64,000 bases of DNA. It comes from Phoronis australis (taxonomy: Eukaryota; Animalia; Phoronida). Where the stretch lies: positions 955,912 to 1,019,911 of the forward strand of contig NMRA01000066.1 in the NCBI GenBank assembly GCA_002633005.1, written 5' to 3'. Shown here in pieces: positions 39,101-50,343 of this stretch. A program made the translations under genes and the position numbers. The notes under the pieces were generated by a model. It did no database searches. It worked only from the letters and a program-made list of their open reading frames with translations, and had not been told where the DNA came from. Every line of letters starts with the position of its first letter. Position 1 is the first letter of the stretch.

Positions 39101-39943
39101 CGTAACAGCACGGTAAACCAAGACATTTTTAAACCATTTTTGATTGGTGGAAATACTGTGACAAAATCAGTCTCGTCTTCTTCCTTACTCAAATTAGAGA
39201 TGATTCCTGTTATTGGTAAGAGCAGATTGTTATTGCTTGGGGCCGACCTCAGCGAGTTGGCTTGTCATGGCAGTGGTCTTGAGTCAACTGCCAGTTCGTT
39301 CCAAGCCCATGAACCACATCTCTTCTAAGTAAGGAAAAAGTCGAGACCATTTTTGTAACGGTAAGTTGTCTAAATCAGAAGTGTGTTCTTTTGTTGCTTA
39401 CACAATGTGGATGTATGGCAATTTCAACTTATTTGTGTACAGTTGATCCCCAGTCAGTTATAATGGTACACTTGTCTAGTAGTGCCAGAAAATGATGTAA
39501 TTTACAATTATTGGTTGTTTTAAACACATTGGATCATTTGTGTTTGTGATAATTTATAGGACGGTTATTCTTTTCTTATTTGGTATAGAATATGACTAAT
39601 AAGTGAAATTCTGTTTTGTCAAATTTCACCACAAAGATGGAAGAAATTTTCAGTCTCTTACCAGTGTGATTTGCACTATATAGATATCATAAAGCTGCTT
39701 TTGGTGAAATTTTCCATTTGTTTATAATAAAGTAACCAGCCTTTGAAGATGGAAAAAATAAAATTTTGTCCATTTTTGTGCAAAATGAGTGGAGAATTGT
39801 CACAAATTAATGAGCGTTTTCATCTTTAACTGTAGCAGAAGTACTGAATTTCGATATTTTGATTTCAGGAGAAGAAGGGTCCTGAGCTACCTCAAGAGCA
39901 GTTGTTGTTACGGGGGGAAGAAAGAAAATTTGTATCCGACTAG
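18166..39943 (+). CDS. MCM10: DNA replication factor MCM10, complete, 20 coding exons, 3282 nt = 1093 aa as modelled
   Basis: Exons 18166-18172, 18874-18957, 19485-20363, 21154-21225, 22137-22532, 24313-24415, 24709-24865, 25344-25502, 26809-26939, 27688-27765, 28777-28872, 29474-29644, 30385-30464, 32101-32318, 33601-33730, 34656-34795, 37098-37211, 37502-37650, 38263-38305, 39869-39943 join in one frame. OB-fold (EPLSGL..NPKVSS, DWVTVGVV, LSDL..VALFLFG..LWKT..GTVIGILNA), CCCH finger (DFGMCKA..KPCTHFVN..HCTYH), C-terminal YFNALEKKEKMEEKM plus Cys clusters, and terminal LLLRGEE. The 7-nt first coding exon (ATGTCTG/gtaggc, giving MSDEEYD) is inferred from phase. Confidence 0.95.
20380..20788. 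mobile_element. MITE-like element hosting the SINE
   Basis: Inverted termini ctgtagaaaataatcggacaacattat (20380-20406) and ataattttgtccgattatattttatacag (20760-20788). Confidence 0.55.
20422..20668 (-). mobile_element. tRNA-derived SINE, copy 1, with 12-bp target-site duplication
   Basis: Minus-strand head gaggagacagtgtggcctggttg..ggattcgagtc (A/B boxes); actttccccatt flanks both sides (20410-20421, 20669-20680); homologous to 51025-51256. Confidence 0.75.
25586..25760 (+). repeat. Interspersed repeat, homologous to about 47030-47190
   Basis: Shared ttaaaac(c)attaccacgctcat..aatgagc..gcaac..cattttttga; this copy starts TTAAAGGGGCAT. Confidence 0.55.
29153..29298 (+). repeat. Two-copy ~74-bp tandem duplication in an MCM10 intron
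   Basis: cttctcaccacac.ttcacctgg.tctagt.tattcaagaaaccagattaccccaagttgtttgta.acgct occurs twice. Confidence 0.8.
30505..30567. mobile_element. Tiny Tc1/mariner-type MITE
   Basis: TA-cagggtgcttca ... tgaaacaccctg-TA. Confidence 0.5.
30928..31120 (+). repeat. Interspersed repeat, homologous to about 56981-57200
   Basis: Shared ttggaatttt..taaga.gatttcctctttt..gatttcctcttatttgatttc..caagcctatttatttgt..ttggtcatt.caag. Confidence 0.6.
34885..36298. repeat. Tandem near-identical duplication (34885-35586 / 35588-36298) joined by N35587; intronic in MCM10; probable haplotype overlap
   Basis: Both copies start cagcgtctcgagaag and end gtggtctaaataa, with scattered SNPs. Confidence 0.85.
37346..37388 (+). 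repeat. (TTG)n(CTG)n microsatellite in an MCM10 intron
   Basis: Directly visible. Confidence 0.85.
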
Positions 39944-39990
39944 AAAAAGTCACTTTTTATTGATGGAATTATTCCATCAACAGTCGCTTA

Positions 39991-40070
39991 TAGGGGTCCT
40001 GGATTTTGAGAACCAGTTTGATACCCGTTATTTAGTGGAGAAAACTGGTTCTGAAAATCCAGGTCCCCTG
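39991..40070. mobile_element. About 80-bp hairpin MITE, family copy B, in the MCM10 3' UTR
   Basis: Arms 39992-40019 and 40042-40069 are 26/28 reverse-complementary. Confidence 0.7.
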
Positions 40071-40126
40071 TTAGTGGCTATTACCATTATCCTGAAATAA
40101 TCATGTTTGAATTACTGTATGAATTC

Positions 40127-40132
40127 AATAAA
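40127..40132 (+). terminator. Candidate polyadenylation signal of MCM10
   Basis: AATAAA about 185 nt after the stop codon, followed by a TG/T-rich tract. Confidence 0.55.
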
Positions 40133-41870
40133 TTTTCATTTAAAATATTGTTGTCATTGTTGCCATTTGTTGACACTGAAGTTGATTTTTAGGTAAGAAC
40201 TAACATTAGGTTTTTATCCCTTGGTCTGACCTACCAGAATACCTAGATGTAGTCAAGTTTTATCCTGAAGCCAAAAGGGGCACTTTGTCTTATGTGATAA
40301 AACCTCTGTCTAGTGCCTAGTGAGGAGTTTCATTCAATTACACACAATAAACATCTGAGGTAAAATTTACCCAACAAAGTAATAGACAAAACGAACACCC
40401 TAGGATGCATACGTACAGTAAGTCTCCTCAATTTAATGTAGGACACCATATGGCCCACAGGTGAAATTTAACTTCTTGTTTCCATAAAAGATACATGCCG
40501 AATGCCTTTATTTGTTCAGGTTTTGGACAAAATCAACCATCAGATAATATTTTGGAAAATTGTGGGCATTCATAACAAAGATAGGAAACCTTTCAAAATA
40601 AAAATGGTTAATTTTGGCAATTTTGTCCGAATTTGGTGAGATTTTACCGTTATAACAGCTATCCACGACAGTTGAGGGATTGGGAAGTATAATGGAAGCG
40701 GTATTCCTGCTGAGGCTGAAGCCTTATGCCTGACCTATCCCGAGAGAGCTTGATACTGTACGCTAAGGCATAAAAAAATCAATTATGTACAGTTAAACAA
40801 ATGAGAATTTTCAACAAAAAAAACAAAATTGATTTCGTAACACTGAACAACAAGCGCGCGGCTTTAACACTGAGAAGCTTTAACATAATGTGTTGCCTAG
40901 TGACAAATCTCCGAGTCGCCTGAGCTGGCATGAGAGGATGGGACAGAGGTGAAACAAACATAATTTGTAGGGTGGCTTATAAAAAGAATATCAAAGCAGC
41001 TTCACTTGATTATAGTAATCACCTGTGTGTGTAATATAATAAGTTATTTTTAGTCCATAATTCATTGACTTGTAAGGCAGGTCGGACAATTGGCTGAAAT
41101 TCTCTAAACCTTCAGGATTGTGGGAAGTTACAATGTTTGAAATGAATGCATATAGCAATGCACTGAGGTACCAAAATTGAAATTTCCAGGTAACTAATTT
41201 AAACTTTGATTGAGTGGGTGCTAAATCAACCCATGAAATCTTGGTGAGTGCGGGTTGTGGAAAGCCAATTGGTTAACCACCGTGGGACACTTAACAAAGG
41301 ACATTTCTTTCCTGCTTCAGTTGTTTTACATGAGTATAGTTTTATACTAAGCAAGTGCAAATAAAACTTTATTTCAAGGTATGTGTACAACAAATATATA
41401 GCATTCACGCTCGTGAACTAACAAGAAATATGTGTATCTGAACAAACTGAATCATTGCATCAGTGTACATGCAGCGTTCAATTATATGGTTGACAATCAC
41501 GGCTGGTTGGAAGTGAATTAACGGACTGAAAGTAAAATATTTCATATTTATTTGAAGTTCAGTTACAGTTTAAAATACCAAAAAGACGAACATTTATATC
41601 GAAATTCAAACGGGTAGCGTTGATGTTCATCTGTTCATTGAGATCGCTACTCTGCGGGCTCAGCGCCTCTGATAGTTTTTTGAAAAGGCCATAGATGTCA
41701 CTGAACGCATAATCAGAAGTCAGCAAGGGCAAGACGGTGCCGATTGCGGCCGAGATTTTCTTATATTTTATACACATGTACATTCCATAAATGCTATTTT
41801 AGTTTCTAACTTTGTGTACAGGACTTACTGTTTCTAATCTGAATATTTTGATTGTCGGATCTACTCAACA

Positions 41871-44463
41871 ATGGGAGACGTGTCAACCGCATCAGTTGAT
41901 GACCATGGCGACTATGAGACGGCCATGAAATTGATAGACTCGCCGGGCCACACACTCTTGAGTTACGATGAAAGTTGTCTGGTGGACAATATGGCCTGTA
42001 AACATGCTGCTCACGCAATGGTGTTTGCAAGACAGGAAGGAAATATCTTTGATAAGAACTGTTTTCCACTGAAAGCTGCTGTGATGGTAAATTTTACAAA
42101 AAGCTCGGTGTTATCTTCGGCTGCTGAGTGGAGGCTGGGACACACACACACGCACGCACGCACGCACGCACGCACACACACAGAAGAGAGAGAGAGAGAG
42201 AGAGAGCGTCTGATTAAAGGCGGGCTGTGCCTAGCCCGAATTCGTCCCTGCCACTGTTTGCATGAATGTATAGTGGTCCAAGAATTAGAGAACCAGGCAG
42301 TAGGCCAGCTGCAGAGTTCTACCATAAAAATTAAAAGCAGAGACCAGAGTGGGGCAATATCAATTGTTCTTCACATTGACCACATTCTCCCTGATTTCAG
42401 AAACACCAAAGCTATAGTACCCAACACAGCACATGCAGTCAGTGCATGCTCATGATCCTGCAATCCACAAATACGGCCTTACTACTCCGCTCTCAAAACC
42501 ATGCATCCAAAAACGTGGTTCGCTGACTTGCATGAACTCAGTCTTGACATCATGGGCGGCGCACCATAGGGGGCTGGGGGGCTACAGCCCCCCACTTTTT
42601 TCAGTGCTGCGCTGCCCGTGGTCCATAGGCGGTGCAACACAGGGAGATGGAGGCGCTTTAGCCCTCCCACTTTTTCCAGTTGCTGCGCCGCCTGTGGACA
42701 TGCATGACAGTCATGTTTACAGGTACCAGAGCCATATTTGTTGTTCAAGAGCCATAGTTTTTGACTGGATGAAGAGTGAGTTTGGTGTCAACGTGAATTG
42801 GTGAACGATGAGTTTGCAGGTTCATGAGGCAGTGCAGACTGAGTGCACACATGAGACACGTTCAGGTAGCCTGATATGTGTGTTAGCTGCAGTACTCTAC
42901 CTTTTGAAAACTAGATTTTAAATCGTACAATTTTCCTACCTCTGTGAAAGAGGAGAGTTGGATACAGGTTCTGGAAATGTCTGTGTTCTGGAAAAGTGAT
43001 TTCGCAATGTTGCCACTTTAAATTTTTTCATTTGATGTGTTTCTTAATTTAAAATGATTACATTACAAGGTTTAAAGAAAATTGAAATTGAAGTAATTGT
43101 TTGGTTGATTTAGATGCAAGTGCGATTTGATGGATATCTCGGTTTTCCTGGAGGCATTGTGGACCCTGGTGAAGACATCGTCCAGGCTGTTAACAGGGAG
43201 ATGCAGGAAGAGCTTGGCTTGGAGAGTGGCAAATATGAATGTACTATGGACGACTACATCTCGACACATCAAGACAAGAACAACTTGTGGGTTCTGCATT
43301 TTTTCACTAAGGAAGTTTCCATAGAAGATTTTAGACAGATTGAACGTAACTCGTTACTTGCAGCGGATTATGGAACGGAGGTGAGAAGCAATTTTTAGGC
43401 TCAGTTTTCACTTACGACCGCGAAATTTCACTCGAGGCATCACAAGGATTTTTTTACACGTTTTCACATTTGATACGTTTCTTGTATTCATAGTCATGAC
43501 ATTACGGAGATATAAACGAGATACAGTCGTATACTATAATATAATATGCATTAATATGCATTATTATGCATAATATGCATATAATATACATATAATATGC
43601 ATTAAGTTTATGTAGTACCTTATTGACAACCCCGTGTAATTAGCAAAATGTATAAATAATTATAGATTTTAGCTCTTAAGAATATATTTTCTGAAAGTAG
43701 AAAGTCTGTAGAATTTGATTTTTTACTTTTATCAGTCCCATGATAAGCAGGTCACGTGACCAAGTCTTTTTTAGTAAAATTTAGGAAAGAAGAAAGGCAC
43801 ACTAACAGCAACAACTGTGTCAATAAAACAATCAAGTTTTGATAAAAATGTTCTGTTTTCTAAACTATTTAGTTTTTGCTTTATGCAACTTTAAAGATTT
43901 TCATGAAAATCATAAAGGTCCTGTTTTTTGATTACCCATCGTGCACAAGTGGAACATTTTAAAAGCGTTTTTGAGGTATGGTTCCATGTGATTCCAAGTA
44001 GCCATTTCTGAGATATGATATTCTAAAGTCAGTCAAATTTGGCCATTTTTATAGGGTCCACAAGTGTATTGTGTGAGAGAGTATTCACACTCCAGCCAGA
44101 GTGCCACGGGAATCATATTATAGGCGAATAAATAATTGTCATATTTTGGTATAGAATTTAATATATAAGACAAATATATCAGTCAAATATATTAAAATGT
44201 GCAACTGTTCCAGCTTGCTTTTCATTTGTTATTGTTCTCCATTGACGTGGCTTAAAACAAAAATTGTTTCTCTGCTGCAGGTCCAGGGTAATATAAGAGT
44301 GCCGTTGTATACACTGGACAACAGAGGGCGTGGTCTGCCAATGTTTCTGAGAAACAACTTTGTTGGTAACTCCAAGCAGCAACTTCTGCAAGCCTTACTG
44401 AAGACAGGTGTACTGTCGCCAAGGGAGGTTACAGATGCTGTTCGGTTAGCTGGTAATGAGTAA
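41871..44463 (+). CDS. NUDT16: NUDT16-like Nudix hydrolase (U8 snoRNA-decapping enzyme family), 3 exons, 221 aa
   Basis: Exons 41871-42086, 43114-43380, 44281-44463, all phase 0. Contains KHAAHAM, MMQVRFDGYLGFPGGIVDPGEDIVQAVNREMQEELG (intact Nudix box with REXXEE), LHFFTKEV, DYGTEV and RVPLYTL..GLPMFLRNNFVGNSKQQL, typical of NUDT16/NUDT16L1. Confidence 0.93.
42139..42206 (+). repeat. Compound microsatellite (CA)n(CACG)n(GA)n in NUDT16 intron 1
   Basis: Directly visible. Confidence 0.9.
42551..42696. mobile_element. Tandem pair of GC-rich mini-TIR elements (hAT-MITE-like)
   Basis: catgggcggcgca..tgcgctgcccgtg (42551-42620) and cataggcggtgcaac..tgcgccgcctgtg (42624-42696), both containing a g(c)ccc(t)cccacttttt core; gacat on both outer flanks. 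Confidence 0.55.
43600..44065. mobile_element. Second copy of the TTAA-type element, NUDT16 intron 2
   Basis: Collinear similarity to 47828-48355. Confidence 0.55.
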
Positions 44464-45787
44464 TGACTCGATGATTTGAATATGTATTAAGGGATTTCCT
44501 AAAGGAGCAAGCCAACCTGTGCCTTCTATCAGCCTAGTATCAACCAATTATTTTTGCTGTATTCCATTTGGTGTCATAACATTTGTACCCTCTTGTTCCT
44601 TATTCACAAATCATGGCTCGATTTGGCAACCTTAGATTTCGTTTGGTTACCTGGTAGAAATGGGATATTGCGTGGAGAAATATCTACCACCGGGTAGATT
44701 AATGTTTCATTACAGCGTTTTCCCGTTGCTCCTAACTTGTTCGATTCTATAGCCCAACAACAAGGTGGGAAGATGACCCCTGTAGCCAATATCTTGCAGG
44801 ACTGATTAGCCCCATTCTAGCATTTAGGGCTGGAGGGCAAGCTCTCTTTTGTTCGATAATTGCTCTAATCTCCAATAAGGTCGTATCTAGCCTGACTGTG
44901 CTGTTAAAAACAAAAGTTAAATGATAAGTTCCCAATATCATATCTGAATTCCTCATCATATGTGGATCATGTTTAGTTTTTGAATCGCCAAAGTCGCTCA
45001 GCTACAACCAAAGTTACGACAATCTATTCTTTCCCAGCGCTCTGGGTTCGACTGTGTTCACACATGGTCTGTAATGAGCCTGGTATGTAATTGGCCTGCC
45101 TGTTGTCATACCAGACAAAAGACTGCTTGGCAGTCAACAAAGGAGCTAGATGTTATCACATGCTCACAACCCTCTACATCTGGTAAAGTCACTGAATTTT
45201 GTATTAGAGCGCAGACGTGGAGCGTTTGCATTTACGATATCAGTGTGACCTTTTGCGTGCTGGATTTTGGCAGCCAACCTCTCATGTTACAACAGACACG
45301 GTGGCAACAGTCTTAAACCCTTGAAAAATGAAGAAAAAATGGATTTTGACTATTGTTTTTGTCCGAAATTAGTGAGGTTGTATCATAGTGAGCACACACA
45401 ACATACTTAAATGGGACTGGTAAATATTATTTAGTGTGAAGTCATTTTTGTTTAATTTTGGGAGAAATATTAAGTCTGTGTTTCTAAGATAATTGATCCA
45501 TACTTTAGTCAAGGTAGATCTCATATGTGACCTTTGGTGCTTCCTTATCTCATTTATTGTGTTGACCTCTAAGGATATGCTCAATATACGTTTTTTTCTC
45601 TGTTTATTTCCCAAATCTCTTGATTTTGGAGCATAAGTTTAGTGCTACATGTAGTATGCAATTAGATCTGTCTTTAATGTTAAAAGCTTTTTAACAATTG
45701 GTGTATCTGTTATATTGTAACTGTCAGTTCTTGTACAAAATGTGATGAAAAAATACAGAAGGTGAAGTACATAAGAGGTTTTTCCTT

Positions 45788-45836
45788 AATAAATGTGCTG
45801 ACTATCCAATGAATATTCAGATATTACAAATTTATT
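45788..45836. terminator. Convergent poly(A) signals: AATAAA on plus (45788-45793) and AATAAA on minus (45831-45836)
   Basis: Both hexamers are visible. Strand skew flips from T/G-rich to A/C-rich at this point, between the convergent NUDT16 and CD225 genes. Confidence 0.5.
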
Positions 45837-47302
45837 CACACGATTGGTTAATGACATGCAAAGAATGGTAAGCAAAGGAGTCAATACTGAACACTGCAAC
45901 TCGAGATAACACTGTTAGATATTAAGTTTATTTTTCAATCAAAGACTGCAAAGTATAAGTGGACTCCTATATGGGTGGATCCAAGCCAACCCCTGAAAGC
46001 AATTATTTTCTAATAGCCAAAAATTTGACAGTTTTGCCAAATGTGATTCCGTTTGACCACAATAAAGTATTACTATAAATTCAAAAAATAAAAAAGATAT
46101 GAACACTACCAGTCAACAGAACATATTTAGTGATCTAGAAGTGACCCCTTTGCATCGACAAGTACATAAGTGTACGATTGTGTCAATCATCAAGAATAAT
46201 ATTTCAGAGTCCTGGGTTCTATTCACTGTACTCAAAATCAAGCTTATTAAACATTTTCTATTCTGGTTTTGTCTTAACTCGGTATAAGAGTATATTATTC
46301 TGAGTACACTATGGTTTGCGTGGATGATTGTTTGATCCTAGACTTCACAAGATGAACCGTGCATTAAAGCAATAATTTTTAGTCAGAACTCAAATTCTCA
46401 AGTTTTTATCGAAATTGTACATGTACCTGGAAACAGTAACTTCAACAAGAGCCAATTCACATTGTATTTAAAACATAACTCAGATCTCCAGATTTGTAAA
46501 CCATATCACGATGTGCTCTTAATACATGGTCAACAAGACAATAACCAGTATTTACACAAAGAATCTCTAAAATGGCAAACTGCCACAAACAGAACACACC
46601 AAAAGTATTCAGACAAAGTGACCTGGAATTCCCATCATGACGTCTGGATGGAAGCCAAATTCATTGTCGGAATAGCCTTCCCTTATGCTTGATGATGAAG
46701 GGAAATTGACCTATCACCAGGAATCAGAACGCAGCATTCTTGACACACCTTCATTTCCAAGACGCCATTTTACATGACAAACAACACGTCTGGTAACAAC
46801 TTATTGTTTGTCGGGTGTTGCTTGACTTTTCGCAAGGGGGAAGAGCTTGCGATAAGTCAATTAAGCATTCTGTAATTTGAAATTTGCTACCTTGACAGCC
46901 ATTACCGGTCATTTTTGTAGTTGACACAAATTGTCATGACAGGAAAACAGTCTTTTGTCTGGTTACTTAAGTCACGTACTGTACTACTCTGACATTGCAG
47001 ATCATGATAAACAAGAATTACATGCTCAATGGGTCATTTTGCCACAGTTTGTAGCTGAAACTTTGATTTCTTAACTGATGTGCTTCGGGTTTAAAACATT
47101 ACCACGCTCATGCGATCTTAAATTGTTACCAAATGAGCTGGCAACTCAAGTCGCAGGGAATGCATACATGTCATTTTTGAATTTTGCAATTTTAGGGTTT
47201 GCCAGCTGTAATAAATTTTGAATATTGTCTCTGAAGGTTTTGATGATTTTAAGGAAATCAAATAGATGTTGCAATGCTGTGCAGTTGCCGACGAATAAAA
47301 AT

Positions 47303-47455
47303 ATAAAATAGTAAAACTAGTAAAACTAAAATGACGAGCGTTGGTACTAAAATATATCAAAAAATCCCCACGTATCAAGCGATGCGCTCTTTGTCGAGGG
47401 TGTGCTGCACAGCAGTCTGTGGCACATTTTAGTTTTACTAGTTTTACTATTTTAT
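47303..47455. repeat. Perfect 31-bp inverted repeat with a 91-bp spacer
   Basis: ataaaatagtaaaactagtaaaactaaaatg (47303-47333) is the exact reverse complement of 47425-47455. Confidence 0.8.
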
Positions 47456-47827
47456 GATTTTAAGTGAAACACAAATTAGAATCTTATCCCCGTAAAGAAT
47501 TTTACAAGACCCATTTTATAACAGCAAAGGCACTAATTTGATTTTCCTTTTTACCCAGCTCAACAGGACGATATGCAGTGTTACATAACTACATCCAATA
47601 TGCATAGTGAGGTAAGTTAACAATATTGTTAATGTCCCAATACTTGGCTACAAAAGGTGGTAAGGAATGAAGTTACAATTCATTACCTGAAATATAACCA
47701 AATCCATGAATAAAAAATTCAGAATCGCTAGAAAACATCCCTCATTAAATACAACAAAGGAATTCAATGGAAGAAAACAGGAATTCTCAACTGTTGGTTA
47801 ATTCCTTGACTAGATAGAAGTATTTAA

Positions 47828-48355
47828 GGTTACGTAGCAACTTATCCACAAGTCTATACATTTAACTAAATATCTACAAAACTAGAATTTAACTCGGCAA
47901 AAGCATAAAGTTTCTGAAAGTAGAAATTCTGTAGAAGTTGACTTTTTACTTTATGGCAATCTGCCAGGTCACGTAACAATGCTTTTTAGCACAATTTAGT
48001 AAAGAAAGACACATTCATAGCAAATTGACAAGATCGATAACACAGCAAATTTTTTTGATATAAATCTTTAAGATAAAATCTAAAAAATGTTATAGTTTTC
48101 TTAATTATTGCTTTGTTTTTGTTTTATGCAACTTCTTTTCACAAAAATTAGCGTTTGATGCTTTCCATGAAAACTATTTTGACAGACCCTAATGCAAAAG
48201 TGGAACATTTTAAAAACTATTACCAAAAGCAATTTGGAGAACAGTGCATAAGGCATATTATCTGAAAGTTTCATATGAATATGACCGGCTATTTCTGAGA
48301 TATGATGTTCCAAAGCTGGCCATAACTGGACATTTTTCTAGGGTCCCACATCACC
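47828..48355. mobile_element. TTAA-flanked non-autonomous DNA transposon (Kolobok/piggyBac-like); second copy at about 43600-44065
   Basis: TTAA at 47824-47827 and 48356-48359, with GGT..ACC termini. Shares ttctgaaagtagaaa.tctgtagaa, caggtcacgt, aagtggaacattttaaaa and atttctgagatatgat with the NUDT16 intron 2 copy. Confidence 0.6.
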
Positions 48356-50343
48356 TTAACAATAAATAATTACAAAATAGTCTATCTAATATGACTGTGA
48401 AGTGTCTCATTAAGCCCATACCAAAGACATTATTGATTTATTACTGACTGAACACAAGCCAGAGATGCTATTTTAACAACATAATTATATAACATCCGGC
48501 TACGTATTTGTAACATAGTTCATCTTTCAACGTCATAATTGCAAACAGGACTGAAGAAACCTCGGCCATGCATCAACAGTAAAATCTCGGATTACTTACA
48601 GTAGCTATAAACCCACCTTCCATCACAAAAAAATAACTTTTATTTGAACCACTTAATGGTATGAAACTGATCTCAAATAGTTCCTTAGTCAAACTGGGGG
48701 CGCTTTTAGGAATGAGAATGAACCGGTTGTTTATTATTAGTAGAGACCAAGCACCACAGTTTGACTTGTCACAGCGTGTCATTTTATGCGCCAAACATAA
48801 ACTCAAGGAATGATTATCAGACCATTCTTTGCAAACTCAGACATCACTTCTCAAAGAGCAAGGATCAAGTTGAGACCAATTTAGTAAGAAGCCTAAAAGA
48901 AAAGATCGCTCCTAAGACAAAACGCAGATTTACATACACTACATAACACTTTTAAAGGCTATGTATTTAAAAATACTTCAATCTACCAAAAGATTGTACA
49001 GTGTATGGCAGACCTTCAGATAAATCTAATAATTTGTAACAAATGAAGCGACTGACCACAAGTTTATCCAAATGTGAAATGCTGTCTTTATCATGACTTG
49101 AATCAAAGAAACACAAGACAAAAGACTTCAAATAACAGATCTAGGTTTCTTAAAGCTGGAGAGACCTCAGCTTTTCCTAAAATGTCAACTAGGCCTTTAC
49201 ATCAAAACAACTTTACATTTATACAGAGCATGAATTTAAAACGGATATTAAATAATCTCAGTCACCTTTATAAAAATATCTAAAGTTATCATTGAAGAAT
49301 GTATTACTATAATTCAGAGCATTCACCCACTCCCCCTAGACAACTATAGAAAAATGATGCACCTGCTCGACCCCACCCCCAAACAACTAACAGTAAAACA
49401 ATAAAAAATATACCCGCTAGATTTCCATTGCGGCAAGATTGAATTAGCACCTGGAAACTACCAGGAATGTTTTTGAATCAATCAAAAATATTATGCTAGT
49501 TTAGGAATTACATTGCTTGTTGGCAATTTTGCATTTTACTGACACACACCTGACTAGATACAACAGACAGTGAATTGCAGTTTTACACATGCAAACATTA
49601 AAAACACGGCGAGATTATGTCTCAGTTTTAGCTGATGGAATGTTTTTGAACTACATGTAAACATGAGAATCAATAATTATTAGATAAATAATCTGTAAAA
49701 CAGTCAAAATCCACAAGCTGTTAATAATAACAATACACATTCCACTAACAGTACACTGGCCAAATTCTCCTGTTGTTAATTCTAGTAAGAGCTTTGACCT
49801 GATTTTTGGTTAAAACGCTTATCCAAACTAATGGTAAAAATTCTCCAATTTGGTTAAGTTTGTATCAAATTTACTAGAATTACAAGAAAGCTAGCAAATT
49901 CACCAATGCCTGAATGTGTGTACATTTTATGAACTTCCAAGTCGTAGTATCAGGAACTTGAGAAATATGATAAAACCAAAAACATCCGTCTCAAATGTCA
50001 AAATCAGGAAAATTCATTTTCATCTCAAATTTCCGTTTACAAAGTTTAGGAGGCTGTCCAAATTGAAAAATTTCGGTCTATATCGGAAATTAAAGCTATT
50101 AACCTTAATGAATTGGTTAGCTTCTTAAAATATTAAGTGACCCAAATACAAAAAAAATATAACTTATCCATCATAAATCCATTAACTTTTTCAAAATTTA
50201 GTAAACTTAAGCTTCAGTCTATACCTGGTGTTCTCATAGTTTTAACCATATCAGGCAGACGCACTGATTTTTTTGTTCTTTCTAAAAGAATAACAATTTA
50301 TACAAAATTTTGTGCTTTCAGTTTCTGGGTCACTTTTTAAATT

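Noticed and set aside
42087-42455. Extension of ORF 41871-42455 (HTHARTERER)
   Set aside because: Read-through into NUDT16 intron 1 and its microsatellite; the donor at 42086 joins in frame to the Nudix exon.
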